Part shown: positions 38,633 to 48,770 of the stretch, piece after piece
Layout: every line of letters starts with the position of its first letter
Numbering within the stretch: the first letter of the stretch is position 1
From: a virus
DNA: 64,000 nt
Virus record (IMG/VR): IMGVR_UViG_3300047172_000080
Coordinates: 1-64,000 of that record
Strand: one strand, 5' to 3'
Program-made: the position numbers and the translations under genes
Notes under the pieces: model-generated
What the model saw: the letters and a program-made list of their open reading frames with translations, nothing else
Told to the model about the DNA's origin: nothing
Database searches by the model: none

Positions 38633-40267
38633 TTACGTTATATCTTGTATAAATTGATTTTGCACACCTAAAGCATCTCCATAAGAATACTGATAAATAG
38701 GATCTTGATCCACACTATCAATCTTTAAGCCTGATCTACCACAATTAAAAGATATTGTAGTAGTAGCTGTTCCACTATTAGGGGGGCTAAGTGATATTCT
38801 ATGTGTAACTCGTTGAACCATGAAAGCTATCCAATTACTTGGATATTTAGTATACATCTTTCCTACTGTACCAGGACACCAGCTATTACTAAAAGAAGAT
38901 AATATAGTACCACCACGATCTCCATATCTTGCTTGGTAATACTTTATTTGAGCATAGGTATCTCCCATTTGCTTTACTTTTCCATTGTAAGCATCATTAG
39001 CAGCTTCAGCTATTTGTTCTTCAGTAAGTGTAGCTCTTCCAACAGGCGTTGACATAGATTCTACTTTTTTACCAGGAGCTACGTTGGTTGGTTTTTTTAC
39101 TTGGTTATCTATACTATTAGGAGCAGCTCCAGGCAAATAAATTGATGCACAAGCCGTTTCAAATAACAAAGGACTAACTTCTACGACAAGAAGCGCAACG
39201 CCAGGACTTTTAGAGTGCGCATTTTTTTTAGGATAAGCACCTTGATAACAAGAGTTAGTTGCAAAAGAGCCAAGCATAGGAACTTTTTGAGTTACTAAAG
39301 CAACATATCCTACATCTTTGTAACCACTTTCATTATAAGAGTAGTCATTATAATCAGCAGGATAAACTAAATTAGGAGTTGAGCTATGTTGTCCAGTTCC
39401 AGGTTTAGGAACATCCATAGTTAAAAAACCATTATCTGGAACTACGAATATTTGAGAATTTCCTACAATTAATAAACAACCTAAATCACCATAAAAATCT
39501 ACCATGTTCTCCCATAATACTCGTGGACCGTGAGTAAAACTTTCAACTACTCCACCACCTGTTCCATAACTACCACAATCAGTTAATGCTTTTAATTGTG
39601 AAAGTGCATCTATGTTTAAATTTTCAATTAATGACTGACATGCGGTTAACTTAGCTTGTCTTCCTTCATTTTCTAAAACATCTATTAAGGTAGAAAAATC
39701 CGAATTTTCATCTGGAGATGGTACTAAGTTACTTAAGGCATCACCACTTATTTGATAATTTAAAGTTGCAATTACTAAAGCTTTATATAATTCAGCAATA
39801 GATTGTCCTTTAAAAGGAATACCATTTAAATAATTTTGTAATGAAGAAGTATCATCTGCAGCTATACCATTAAATCCAATAGTATTAACCATGTGAAAAG
39901 GGTCCATACCATAAGGACTTAAACCAGGAAGTGTAGTATCTGCTTCTAATAATAATTGAGCATTTCCTTTAAAAACAGCTGCGTAACTAATGTGACCCAT
40001 AGATTGACTAATTGAAATACCGTCAAATAACCCTTCAAATTTTATTTCATTTGTAAAACCTGTTATTTTATCATTTACTGAAAAAGAAATAGTACAAACA
40101 TTTTGTCTTTTATACTTATCTGGATTTTGAAGTAGAGCTAATGAAGTTGAATCGGCTGCATCAATTTCAACCAAACATTCAGGTATGGCATTTACGCCAT
40201 AAGATATTGTTATACCTATAGGTTTTAAATCTATACCAGATACTGAAGCTGTAACGTCAGAAGCCAT
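38633..40267 (-). CDS. baseplate hub protein (gp27/late-control-D-like)
   Basis: I.ISYGVNAIP, FEG, CPG...F.V..VTH.I; position near the tape measure. Confidence 0.55.
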   Translation of the reverse strand: MASDVTASVSGIDLKPIGITISYGVNAIPECLVEIDAADSTSLALLQNPDKYKRQNVCTISFSVNDKITGFTNEIKFEGLFDGISISQSMGHISYAAVFKGNAQLLLEADTTLPGLSPYGMDPFHMVNTIGFNGIAADDTSSLQNYLNGIPFKGQSIAELYKALVIATLNYQISGDALSNLVPSPDENSDFSTLIDVLENEGRQAKLTACQSLIENLNIDALSQLKALTDCGSYGTGGGVVESFTHGPRVLWENMVDFYGDLGCLLIVGNSQIFVVPDNGFLTMDVPKPGTGQHSSTPNLVYPADYNDYSYNESGYKDVGYVALVTQKVPMLGSFATNSCYQGAYPKKNAHSKSPGVALLVVEVSPLLFETACASIYLPGAAPNSIDNQVKKPTNVAPGKKVESMSTPVGRATLTEEQIAEAANDAYNGKVKQMGDTYAQIKYYQARYGDRGGTILSSFSNSWCPGTVGKMYTKYPSNWIAFMVQRVTHRISLSPPNSGTATTTISFNCGRSGLKIDSVDQDPIYQYSYGDALGVQNQFIQDIT

Positions 40268-40268
40268 A

Positions 40269-41090
40269 TTAGTTTAATAAATTATTAAGCTGTAAAATAT
40301 AACAATTCAAAAGTCCTGCAAAACGATACACAGGATTATAATGCATTGTCCACAAGTTATACGAAGAAGGATCATTAATAGTAGTGTTATAATTCAACAT
40401 ACCATTAACAATAGGTAGATTAGTTAATAGATTGTTAAACAATAAACTGAAATCAAAATTAAATGGAGCTTGGGCTATAAACTCCCAATTTAAACCAGAG
40501 GCATCACTTAGATCAATTAAGTTTCCACCAATACTAAAAGATAAGCCTGTATTAGCTATAGGTATTACATCTGTAGTAATATTGGCTAAATTTGAGGATG
40601 CTTTAATTATAAAATTGGAAGTTAAATTAGGGGAACTTCCTGTTTCATTATAATAAACATTATTAGATTTAGAATAAATAGATAGATAAATACCTGTCAC
40701 TTGAGATACAACTATATCATCATAATTTTTAGAAATATTAGATGAGGCATTATATTGCCCAAACAAAAAAATAGGGTAATTTGCATTAGAAGTAAGGGGA
40801 TTAGATAATTGTTGTACTATAAAATAATCAGAAATAGTATCTAAATCATAAGTAAGACGATTATCTAAACTATATACAAAATGTTGCTGGTCAGCAGCAC
40901 GTAATATTTGAAGGTAAGTAAAAGCTAAAAATTCAGCATAGAACCTAGATATTCCTGCTGGAAAAAGTAAGTTATAAAATGCCACAAGTGGGGGAGGTAA
41001 TACTAAAGAAGTAAATTTTGGGGCTATATACTCATTAGTATTTCCAACATCTGTTAAATTTAAAAGTAATGTACGGTAATGATTAATCAT
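40269..41090 (-). CDS. tail structural protein
   Basis: MINHYRTLLLN; in tail operon. Confidence 0.55.
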   Translation of the reverse strand: MINHYRTLLLNLTDVGNTNEYIAPKFTSLVLPPPLVAFYNLLFPAGISRFYAEFLAFTYLQILRAADQQHFVYSLDNRLTYDLDTISDYFIVQQLSNPLTSNANYPIFLFGQYNASSNISKNYDDIVVSQVTGIYLSIYSKSNNVYYNETGSSPNLTSNFIIKASSNLANITTDVIPIANTGLSFSIGGNLIDLSDASGLNWEFIAQAPFNFDFSLLFNNLLTNLPIVNGMLNYNTTINDPSSYNLWTMHYNPVYRFAGLLNCYILQLNNLLN

Positions 41091-41093
41091 AAC

Positions 41094-41537
41094 TTATTGA
41101 GAATCTGAAATGATATTAAGTGTAATCGAGAACGATGCCATTGTATCAGGTTCTCCTACTACCTCTACAGAACTATTAACAACTACCGCCGTAGCTGCAT
41201 AAGATCCAAATGATACTTTTACACTTTGCCCTCTAACCGAACCAAATGCTGAATATAAAGCGTCAACTCCAGGAAGATTACAATTACAATCAGAAAAAAT
41301 CATACCATTTACAACGACATTTCCTAATCCTTTTCCAAAATGGAAATAATCAATAATATCATCAAAGGTAAGAAAATACTGAATAATTTCTGAAGTCTGT
41401 ACAGCTAAGCTTGTGTACATTATATAGTTATCATCAGTTACTACATTATCCAAAAAGTCTATTTGTAAAATAGAGCCATCACTTCGGGTAGTGTTAAAAA
41501 CATCTTGTCCATTAAATGTGTAAAAATAAGCAGCCAT
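41094..41537 (-). CDS. tail tube initiator-like protein
   Basis: QYF.TFDD...FHFG..LG...VNG; follows the tape measure. Confidence 0.55.
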   Translation of the reverse strand: MAAYFYTFNGQDVFNTTRSDGSILQIDFLDNVVTDDNYIMYTSLAVQTSEIIQYFLTFDDIIDYFHFGKGLGNVVVNGMIFSDCNCNLPGVDALYSAFGSVRGQSVKVSFGSYAATAVVVNSSVEVVGEPDTMASFSITLNIISDSQ

Positions 41538-41538
41538 A

Positions 41539-44442
41539 TTATTTTACCTGTCCAATAGTAGTAGCTAATGCACCAAGGCTATCAGCGATAGCATTTTTAC
41601 CTTTACCTGTAATAGTATCTAAAATACTTTGCAGTATATCCGTAGGAGATTTTTCTTCATCCTGTTTAGTGGTTCCATCTGCTTGTAATCTATTATTAGC
41701 CGCATCATTAATTTTCTGAGTAACATCATTTAAAGATGACAACTTGGTAACTTCATCATCACTATATAATTGATTACCTTTACTATCTTTAGCACTAGCT
41801 ACTAAGGTACTTAGACTACCAGCTCCAGCTGCTGCTTTAGACAATTGATCTACTCCTCCATATTGTTTTATTAACCCCTTAATAGTTTGGTCATTAGTTA
41901 AGTCTGGAGAAGTCTTTAACATATTATCAAACTCACCCTCAAATGTTTTCTTCCATTGAGTATTAACAGCTTTTACTCTAGGAGCATCAACAGCAGAAGT
42001 AATGGATTTAGCTCCAAAATCCCCAAGCTCCCCTGAATTACCCGCGTCAATAACATCTTGATTAATAAGATCAGGATTATTCTGGAAAAATGCCTTAGCA
42101 TCTTTAGACATTGTAGATTTAGGATTAGTTAATTCCTTATTTAAGGCATCTACAGAATTAATACTACTTCCATTTAAAGCATTATAAGCTTCTTCAATTT
42201 GACTCTTAGAGGCTTTTAATTTAAGACCTGAATCTACAAATGCAGTTGATATATCTTGACCTGTAACACCTCTAGCTCCTTTACTTTTATAGTTTCTAGT
42301 CAATGTGTCAAAAGCATCTAAAGCTTTACCAGTTAAATCCTGTTGTGATTTAGTAGAGTTAGGTTGGTAATACGAAGCCTTTAAACCTCCGAAAGCCGAT
42401 TCAATTGAATTATAATCCCCATCTTGAAGTGAATTATAATAATTTTGAAATAATCCTGAACGGTCGTGTGCTAAATCTTTAGACATAGCTGTATCATCTC
42501 TAATAGATCGATCACGAATAGAATTTAAAATATTATTACGAGCAGAAGCTCCAGGAATATCATTTAAAATTGAAGATTGAATGACGGGATTATTTGCAAA
42601 TTCATTAGTTAAACCATAAGCTCCTGCTTTATCTAAATATCCCTCAACATTAGCTATTGGATCAGCTCCTCCATGTAATAAAGCATTTTGTAATCCTGTA
42701 TATGAAAGCTTAGATCCTTTTAATTGAGATTTAAAAACTGCGGTAGGAATAAAATCTGAATACGCTTGAGCCTTAGCTGCTATCTCTGGATCATTTTTAT
42801 ATCTTCCACCTAATTCAGGACGATCCAAAACTGCTGTAATATTATCACGAGGAATTCCTAAAACATTACCTATACTATTTTGTAATCCAATAACTGAACC
42901 GTAAGAACCACCTACTCCCGTTCCTGCGCTTTTATAATAATCAGCAAATATTTTATCAAGTTGAGCAGTAGCTCCTCCACCTTGTTGTTTAGCTAACCCA
43001 TAAGCTACTGCGGCCATTGTATTAGGTACACTTTGAGCACTAGTTAGTGTAGCTGCGTTTAGCTGGTTATTTATACCTTGAGAACCTCCCATTGCTCTAG
43101 AAGCATCTGGACTTAACATCGAATTCAATGCTTGAGCTTTGATGCTATTATCTAGTACAAACTGCATTGTACTACTACCCATGTACGCTAATTCAGGATG
43201 TTGAGCAGCAATATCTTGCATACTCTTATTCATATCCACAAGTGTCTTTATATTTTGACCTGTTATTCTGGCTACAGCTGCAACATCCCTACCTAATTTT
43301 TCAATCTTATCAGCACTTACTTTACTAGTAAGATCTCCACCATTAGGACCTAATACACTATTAATGGCTCCTACAAGATCACTACCCATACCCATCGCAC
43401 CGGCAATAGGTCTAAAAGCATCCAAAGCACCTTCAGAATTTTTACCAAATCCTCGATAGGCACTAGATATATTTTGTCTTCCTAACAATTGTAAATTAGC
43501 GGCACTTAAAAAGTTACCAGACATTTCTTCTTCAGAAAATCCTCTGGATTGTTGATAATTCATTCCAGCTAAAATTTGAGTACCTACCTTGGGTAAATTA
43601 CCTGCTGCGGTTGAAAAGTACGCGCCGGGATCAGCTTTAATAAGTTTTTGAAATCCTTCTGCATTAAAAACACCACTACTATCAACAAAGTTATTTTTTG
43701 CTAATGCTTGTAAATTGGAAGGTAAATTATTTAAATAATCATTTGAAACCTTAACTTTGGCTGCTGTATCTGAAGCATCTCTAATTTTTTTAATTTCACT
43801 TTGTAGATTATTTTTTAAATCATTGTTAATCCAACTATTATTAATATTGTTCATATTAAAATGACTTGGATCAACACCATATACTTTTGCTAAATCTTGA
43901 TTTCTAGAAAAGAAACTTTGAGCAGAATCTTGAATGTGCTTTTGCTGTTCAAGTATATAATTCGAATCTACTGTTCTCTTATTATACAAGATGCCTTCCA
44001 TTTGTTTAGACATCTGTTGTATCTGTAAAGGTCCTATTTGGCCCCCAGTCATACCAAAAGCACCTAAAGTAGCGCCATTTAAACCTCCGTAAAGCTGAGA
44101 TTGGGCTAACATAGGGTTAGACCCAGTTAAAAGCTTTAAAGCTTGTGCTACAGGCCCTGTGGGGTCACCCAACATCAAACCCGCACCCTGCATAAAAGGA
44201 CTTCTAGGATTAAGTCCTAAATAAGATGAAAAAGCGTTATCAGAAAAAGCATTCTTTTGAACTTGCATGTATTGACGATCTCGTTCTCGTCTTAGATAAG
44301 CGTCATAAACAGATTGATCTGCATTAACTTTTAGACGCTGATTAAAGTTACCTAATACCTGCAACAGTCTACCAAACAAGTCATCATTGCTTGTATAACC
44401 CCTCAAACCTTGATTTTTGGTATAACTATCGACGCTACTCAT
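41539..44442 (-). CDS. tail tape measure protein
   Basis: 967 aa, Ala/Gly/Gln/Asn-rich helical; follows the chaperone pair. Confidence 0.7.
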   Translation of the reverse strand: MSSVDSYTKNQGLRGYTSNDDLFGRLLQVLGNFNQRLKVNADQSVYDAYLRRERDRQYMQVQKNAFSDNAFSSYLGLNPRSPFMQGAGLMLGDPTGPVAQALKLLTGSNPMLAQSQLYGGLNGATLGAFGMTGGQIGPLQIQQMSKQMEGILYNKRTVDSNYILEQQKHIQDSAQSFFSRNQDLAKVYGVDPSHFNMNNINNSWINNDLKNNLQSEIKKIRDASDTAAKVKVSNDYLNNLPSNLQALAKNNFVDSSGVFNAEGFQKLIKADPGAYFSTAAGNLPKVGTQILAGMNYQQSRGFSEEEMSGNFLSAANLQLLGRQNISSAYRGFGKNSEGALDAFRPIAGAMGMGSDLVGAINSVLGPNGGDLTSKVSADKIEKLGRDVAAVARITGQNIKTLVDMNKSMQDIAAQHPELAYMGSSTMQFVLDNSIKAQALNSMLSPDASRAMGGSQGINNQLNAATLTSAQSVPNTMAAVAYGLAKQQGGGATAQLDKIFADYYKSAGTGVGGSYGSVIGLQNSIGNVLGIPRDNITAVLDRPELGGRYKNDPEIAAKAQAYSDFIPTAVFKSQLKGSKLSYTGLQNALLHGGADPIANVEGYLDKAGAYGLTNEFANNPVIQSSILNDIPGASARNNILNSIRDRSIRDDTAMSKDLAHDRSGLFQNYYNSLQDGDYNSIESAFGGLKASYYQPNSTKSQQDLTGKALDAFDTLTRNYKSKGARGVTGQDISTAFVDSGLKLKASKSQIEEAYNALNGSSINSVDALNKELTNPKSTMSKDAKAFFQNNPDLINQDVIDAGNSGELGDFGAKSITSAVDAPRVKAVNTQWKKTFEGEFDNMLKTSPDLTNDQTIKGLIKQYGGVDQLSKAAAGAGSLSTLVASAKDSKGNQLYSDDEVTKLSSLNDVTQKINDAANNRLQADGTTKQDEEKSPTDILQSILDTITGKGKNAIADSLGALATTIGQVK

Positions 44443-44869
44443 TTTTTACTTTTTCTTCAATGGCTACAAAACTACTTTTCTTTTTATCTTTATTAAAAAC
44501 AGAAACTAAGGACTTAAGACCGGCAGAAACTTCTTTTAACTCTTTATCTGTTAACCCTTTCTTGGTATTTTTAACAGCTTTTACCTTATCTATATTATCA
44601 TCCTTAACTAAGGAAGGAAATTTAAACCTTTGATAATCCTTGTAAGAATTTTGAGCTAAGTTAAAACCATTTATCTTAAGCTGCATTAACCCTTCAGCCA
44701 TAGCAGCGTCTCGACCAGTCTTAACGGCACATATATCACTAAGCAGCTGTTGCTCTGCAAGATACATTATTACTTCTTCACGAGAAGTATTCCAAGACGA
44801 GCGTTTTTTAAAATCAAGCCAGCCGTTAGAGAACGCTGTCCAAAGTAACCTTATTCGGCGGCTTTCCAA
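44435..44869 (-). CDS. tail assembly chaperone, frameshift extension (T-like)
   Basis: only a TTG start, which lies at the slippery site; -1 frame relative to the upstream chaperone. Confidence 0.6.
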   Translation of the reverse strand: MESRRIRLLWTAFSNGWLDFKKRSSWNTSREEVIMYLAEQQLLSDICAVKTGRDAAMAEGLMQLKINGFNLAQNSYKDYQRFKFPSLVKDDNIDKVKAVKNTKKGLTDKELKEVSAGLKSLVSVFNKDKKKSSFVAIEEKVKNE

Positions 44870-45429
44870 AAATTTGGATCTATTACTGCTCGTTCAAGTT
44901 GAAACAACTTGTTTTCAAAAAGCATGAAGGATTTAATAAAAGCAGCTAATTTATAAGTACGCCAATTTTTAAATTTATCAGCCTTAGCTTTTACATAAGT
45001 ACAATAAGGTTTATCTTTATCAATTTGAAAAGTTGCTTTATCAATATCTTTAGTATCAAAAGGAAAGCCATCAATTGAATCTAACGATAAAGCTAATCTA
45101 TAAATCATGATAGTTAAAAGATAACTTTCTGTATTATTAGCGACTCCAGATATTTCATCTAGATTAATTTGTTTTAAAACATCATTATTTTGATCTACTG
45201 TGATAGAATTAAAAACAACTTTTATTTTTCCATCAAACAATAAAGATTCATCAGAAAAAACAGAGTCAGATATAAATGATTTAAAAAACTGCTCTTTATC
45301 TTTTTCTGTAATTTCTGCTTTTACATTATTACTGTCTAAAGAAATTCCTGTAGGATTCGCAAACTGTTCAGGTAATTGAATCTCAGGTTTTTCTTCTTCT
45401 TTAACTACTTCTTTTTTAGGTCTGCCCAT
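44851..45429 (-). CDS. tail assembly chaperone (G-like)
   Basis: upstream of the tape measure; ends ...DPNFWKAAE across heptamer A AAT TTT. Confidence 0.65.
   Translation of the reverse strand: MGRPKKEVVKEEEKPEIQLPEQFANPTGISLDSNNVKAEITEKDKEQFFKSFISDSVFSDESLLFDGKIKVVFNSITVDQNNDVLKQINLDEISGVANNTESYLLTIMIYRLALSLDSIDGFPFDTKDIDKATFQIDKDKPYCTYVKAKADKFKNWRTYKLAAFIKSFMLFENKLFQLERAVIDPNFWKAAE
44869..44875 (-). other. -1 ribosomal frameshift slippery heptamer A_AAU_UUU
   Basis: X XXY YYZ in the correct phase; -1 frame is open for 144 codons up to the tape measure. Confidence 0.7.
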
Positions 45430-45433
45430 ATGT

Positions 45434-47809
45434 TTATGTTATTTTGTATATTGGATAATTAGCTAAAGTATCTGTTGATAATAGTTTAGCTGTTGGTAAT
45501 CCGTCTGTTTTCTCTGCTAAATCTAAACCATCAGGAGTTTTTTGTAAATTAGTAAATCCAGAAGTATTGATATAAATTGAATCAAATAAATCCGATCCTG
45601 GATAAGGATATGAATCATTTACACTTTTCTCCGTCCAAGGAGTATATAACCCAGTACTTGCAAAAGCATCTTGTTGCTGAGCAATAGTTTGAGGAATAGG
45701 GTCCGTTGTACCTTTAATTTTACCGTAAGCAGCTGTAGATAAGAACTTAAACTTTAGTTTGGTAAAATCATCCTTAGTATTAAATGAATCTACGTCTTGT
45801 AAAACATTAGTAGAAATAAGAGTACTAGCTGGTGCAACTAATGATGGAATATCTAAAGCTCCTTTAATAGGATCTACATAAGGGTCATTAGGAATATAAG
45901 AAAATCCCATCCATTCTCCTTTCTGACCGAATGCTGTAGAACCTGCTCCACCTACAGCACAAAAACCAGAAGACGCTAGAATTGCTGAACCAACTGAATA
46001 TAATCCTAATAAAGTCTCAGCAGCTATTTCAATAGTGTTATTAGAACTTATTTGTATTAACGATCCTTGTTCTTGAAGAAGGTTATCAGATTTTAAAACC
46101 AAATTATTAGCTGCATATTGTAAAATATCTGTAGTGGCATAGTTATAAATACCTAAAGTTGATTTAAAGACAATACCTCCAACATTTTCAATGGCTCCAC
46201 TATTTCCTTTAGGAGTTCCTATAGAAGGAGTATTACCATTAGCTTGAAAAATAAGACCTGAATTATCAGAATAAAAATATTGAGCTAAGTCAGACTTAAA
46301 TCTGATTCCCCCGGTAGTAGAAGATAAATCTATATCATTATTCGAAGCAATCGATACAAATTGCCCAATTTTACCAATAAGATTTCTTAAAGGTTGTAGG
46401 ATTAAATCTTTAGCAGGTTGTATATAGATATTTCCGCCTTCAGAAACAATAGCTGAACCCCATGCATCTTTTAACAAAAATCCACCATTAGGCATTAAAT
46501 AAAAACCTGATAATCTAAGAGTATAAGCTGCTTGATTTTTAGCTGGTGTTTGAGGATCTACGTTACCGATATTATTAATAGGAGATTCTTTAGTGATATC
46601 TTCGTTAATAGCAAAATCTTTTTCATGTTGATTAATATTACTATAATTCAAAGTCTGCATTGTATACGCGACATAATCACGTAACTGCAAGAAATACATG
46701 AAAGGATTACCCTGCACAGTAAATGAATTATCAAATTCAAATTCTTTTTTTACAGGATAAGTAATATTTGAAGCATCGTCTCCCGTAGGATCTTCAGGAG
46801 TTCGAATACGTTGAGGAACTCTAATCCAATTTACTTTTTCAATAAACACATCTTTAATCGTTCTAAAATGTGTTCCACCATCTGTACCTAAATGAAAATT
46901 AAAAGCCCCTAAATCAGGAGTTTTTGGAAGTGTTCCATCTAAATCAGGTATATTAGTTTTATCAGGAATAGTTAAAAAAACGTTAATGAAATCACCTAAT
47001 CTACCAAGATAGCTTTTAAATCTTTCTATGGCTTTAACTCGTTCATTAGTTGTCTGGGTATAAAAATCTATAGAATCATCAGCTGTATTAATTCCTGGTT
47101 CTGTAAATGGTTTTACTGCTACATCCTGTGTACGAATAGGAAAACCGTAAGTTTCTTGAGGAATGTGCGTAGCTGCAAATTCAGCTAATAACGCTTTACC
47201 ATCATGGTATATATTATAATCCCCTAAAGCTGTCATATGTTGGAAATTATGGCTTATAATACGCACCAGATCGTCTAGGAGGTGACATTGCACCTGCGCC
47301 AGCTCTGACCCCTTAAGATGCGCCATATGCTGAAATAACGCCATCATAACGCCAAATTCATTAGCTACAACGTGATCTGCGTCGTTAACGTCAGTAGGAC
47401 GACGCATGTTTTGAAAAAGAGCTTTTCCTACATCTGTACCATATCCTTGTAGATTTCCAGAATCTACGATAGAATCACCTTGCCCTATATGACTTCGACC
47501 AGGGTAGTCTATATAACCTAAATCCGTATTAGGAGTAGCTCCAATTATGAAACATTGTGTAAACGTATTTTTATAGCACAAGACAGTCATTCCCGGTTGG
47601 GGAAGATAACAGGATTTAAAACCGAATAAATTAGCAAAACAAGAAGATAGTGGAATAGCTTGAAATCTTGTAGAAGATGTAGCTTCATTATTAATTGGGC
47701 ATACAACTACATTATAAGTTATAGGGTCTGAAGATTCTACAACAGCAGTAAATAATCCACTAAACTCTTTAGCTTTGTCGGATATCTTGGCGTTATCAAG
47801 CTTTGACAT
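45434..47809 (-). CDS. baseplate central spike/hub (gp5/VgrG-like)
   Basis: OB-fold-like LPQPG..VL...FIIG; beta-helix-like C-terminal half. Confidence 0.6.
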   Translation of the reverse strand: MSKLDNAKISDKAKEFSGLFTAVVESSDPITYNVVVCPINNEATSSTRFQAIPLSSCFANLFGFKSCYLPQPGMTVLCYKNTFTQCFIIGATPNTDLGYIDYPGRSHIGQGDSIVDSGNLQGYGTDVGKALFQNMRRPTDVNDADHVVANEFGVMMALFQHMAHLKGSELAQVQCHLLDDLVRIISHNFQHMTALGDYNIYHDGKALLAEFAATHIPQETYGFPIRTQDVAVKPFTEPGINTADDSIDFYTQTTNERVKAIERFKSYLGRLGDFINVFLTIPDKTNIPDLDGTLPKTPDLGAFNFHLGTDGGTHFRTIKDVFIEKVNWIRVPQRIRTPEDPTGDDASNITYPVKKEFEFDNSFTVQGNPFMYFLQLRDYVAYTMQTLNYSNINQHEKDFAINEDITKESPINNIGNVDPQTPAKNQAAYTLRLSGFYLMPNGGFLLKDAWGSAIVSEGGNIYIQPAKDLILQPLRNLIGKIGQFVSIASNNDIDLSSTTGGIRFKSDLAQYFYSDNSGLIFQANGNTPSIGTPKGNSGAIENVGGIVFKSTLGIYNYATTDILQYAANNLVLKSDNLLQEQGSLIQISSNNTIEIAAETLLGLYSVGSAILASSGFCAVGGAGSTAFGQKGEWMGFSYIPNDPYVDPIKGALDIPSLVAPASTLISTNVLQDVDSFNTKDDFTKLKFKFLSTAAYGKIKGTTDPIPQTIAQQQDAFASTGLYTPWTEKSVNDSYPYPGSDLFDSIYINTSGFTNLQKTPDGLDLAEKTDGLPTAKLLSTDTLANYPIYKIT

Positions 47810-47851
47810 TTAACCAATGTAATCCCTTTTCAGGAATTTACAATATTAGAT

Positions 47852-48283
47852 TTAAGCTAAGCTTAACTGTAAGAACTCGATAGTAACAGAATCGATAACT
47901 GTCTTACCTTCAGCTTCACCAGCTAGTGAATATTGCGAAACAACACAACCGGAAGCAAGAACAGAAATACCAGCTCCACCATCGCAAGAGCCAAAGGATA
48001 CTGTAATAGAACCTGGATTACAAACATTCCAACCTGGACGAGAGAAAAGAGTTGTTGCATCATCAGTAAGTAAACGAGCAATGTTAATAGAACCTGCAGG
48101 CTGACCAGCATAAATAACAGCTTTCTGATTACCTATTGTACGTCTACGAGTAATTGGCTGAGCTACACCTATAGAAATATTAGTAGCATCAGTAACAATT
48201 CCACCCCAATTTAATATACCATTGTCTGCGGTAATAGGGGCTTCGATTGATTGTTGATTTTGGCCGAAAACGTCTGTACTCAT
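47852..48283 (-). CDS. tail tube protein
   Basis: 143 aa downstream of the sheath; QPITRRRTIG, GCVV.QYS, V.IEF. Confidence 0.7.
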   Translation of the reverse strand: MSTDVFGQNQQSIEAPITADNGILNWGGIVTDATNISIGVAQPITRRRTIGNQKAVIYAGQPAGSINIARLLTDDATTLFSRPGWNVCNPGSITVSFGSCDGGAGISVLASGCVVSQYSLAGEAEGKTVIDSVTIEFLQLSLA

Positions 48284-48349
48284 GAAAGTGTTCCTTTATT
48301 GTTATTTAATACTACTAAAATCTTTATAGTTATAGAAGCTAATTCTAAT

Positions 48350-48550
48350 TTATTTTAATCCTAGTTGCCTAACTACCTCATCAAAATTCTTATCTTCTCC
48401 TCTAGTAAGACGTATATAGCCATTCCTACTAGGTAAAAATTTAAAAAGTACCGCAGGTTCTCCGTCTTCAGTATCAATCAACATAGACTGTGCATCTTTT
48501 GTTGAAAAAAGAACAGGATTTTTAAAATCTCCTCCTATTACAACGTGCAT
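48350..48550 (-). CDS. hypothetical protein
   Basis: ORF between sheath and tube. Confidence 0.5.
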   Translation of the reverse strand: MHVVIGGDFKNPVLFSTKDAQSMLIDTEDGEPAVLFKFLPSRNGYIRLTRGEDKNFDEVVRQLGLK

Positions 48551-48765
48551 AATTCGCTAGCTTGTTTATTAATGTTTATTAAATGACTAATAGTATCTAA
48601 ATCTTCAACATCATAATCCAATTCATCATCAGAATATTTTTCTAAAGTTTCTTGTATATAAGGCGTATGGCAAGCATATTTCCACAAGGATAATAGATCA
48701 AAATCACTTAATCCATTATCCGTTGCGGATTTAATAAAACCTGCAATAAAGGCATCCTTATTCAT
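48538..48765 (-). CDS. small K-x-A-rich putative virion protein
   Basis: AFIAGFIKSA; 4 K-x-A in 75 aa. Confidence 0.55.
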   Translation of the reverse strand: MNKDAFIAGFIKSATDNGLSDFDLLSLWKYACHTPYIQETLEKYSDDELDYDVEDLDTISHLININKQASELCTL

Positions 48766-48770
48766 TAACT

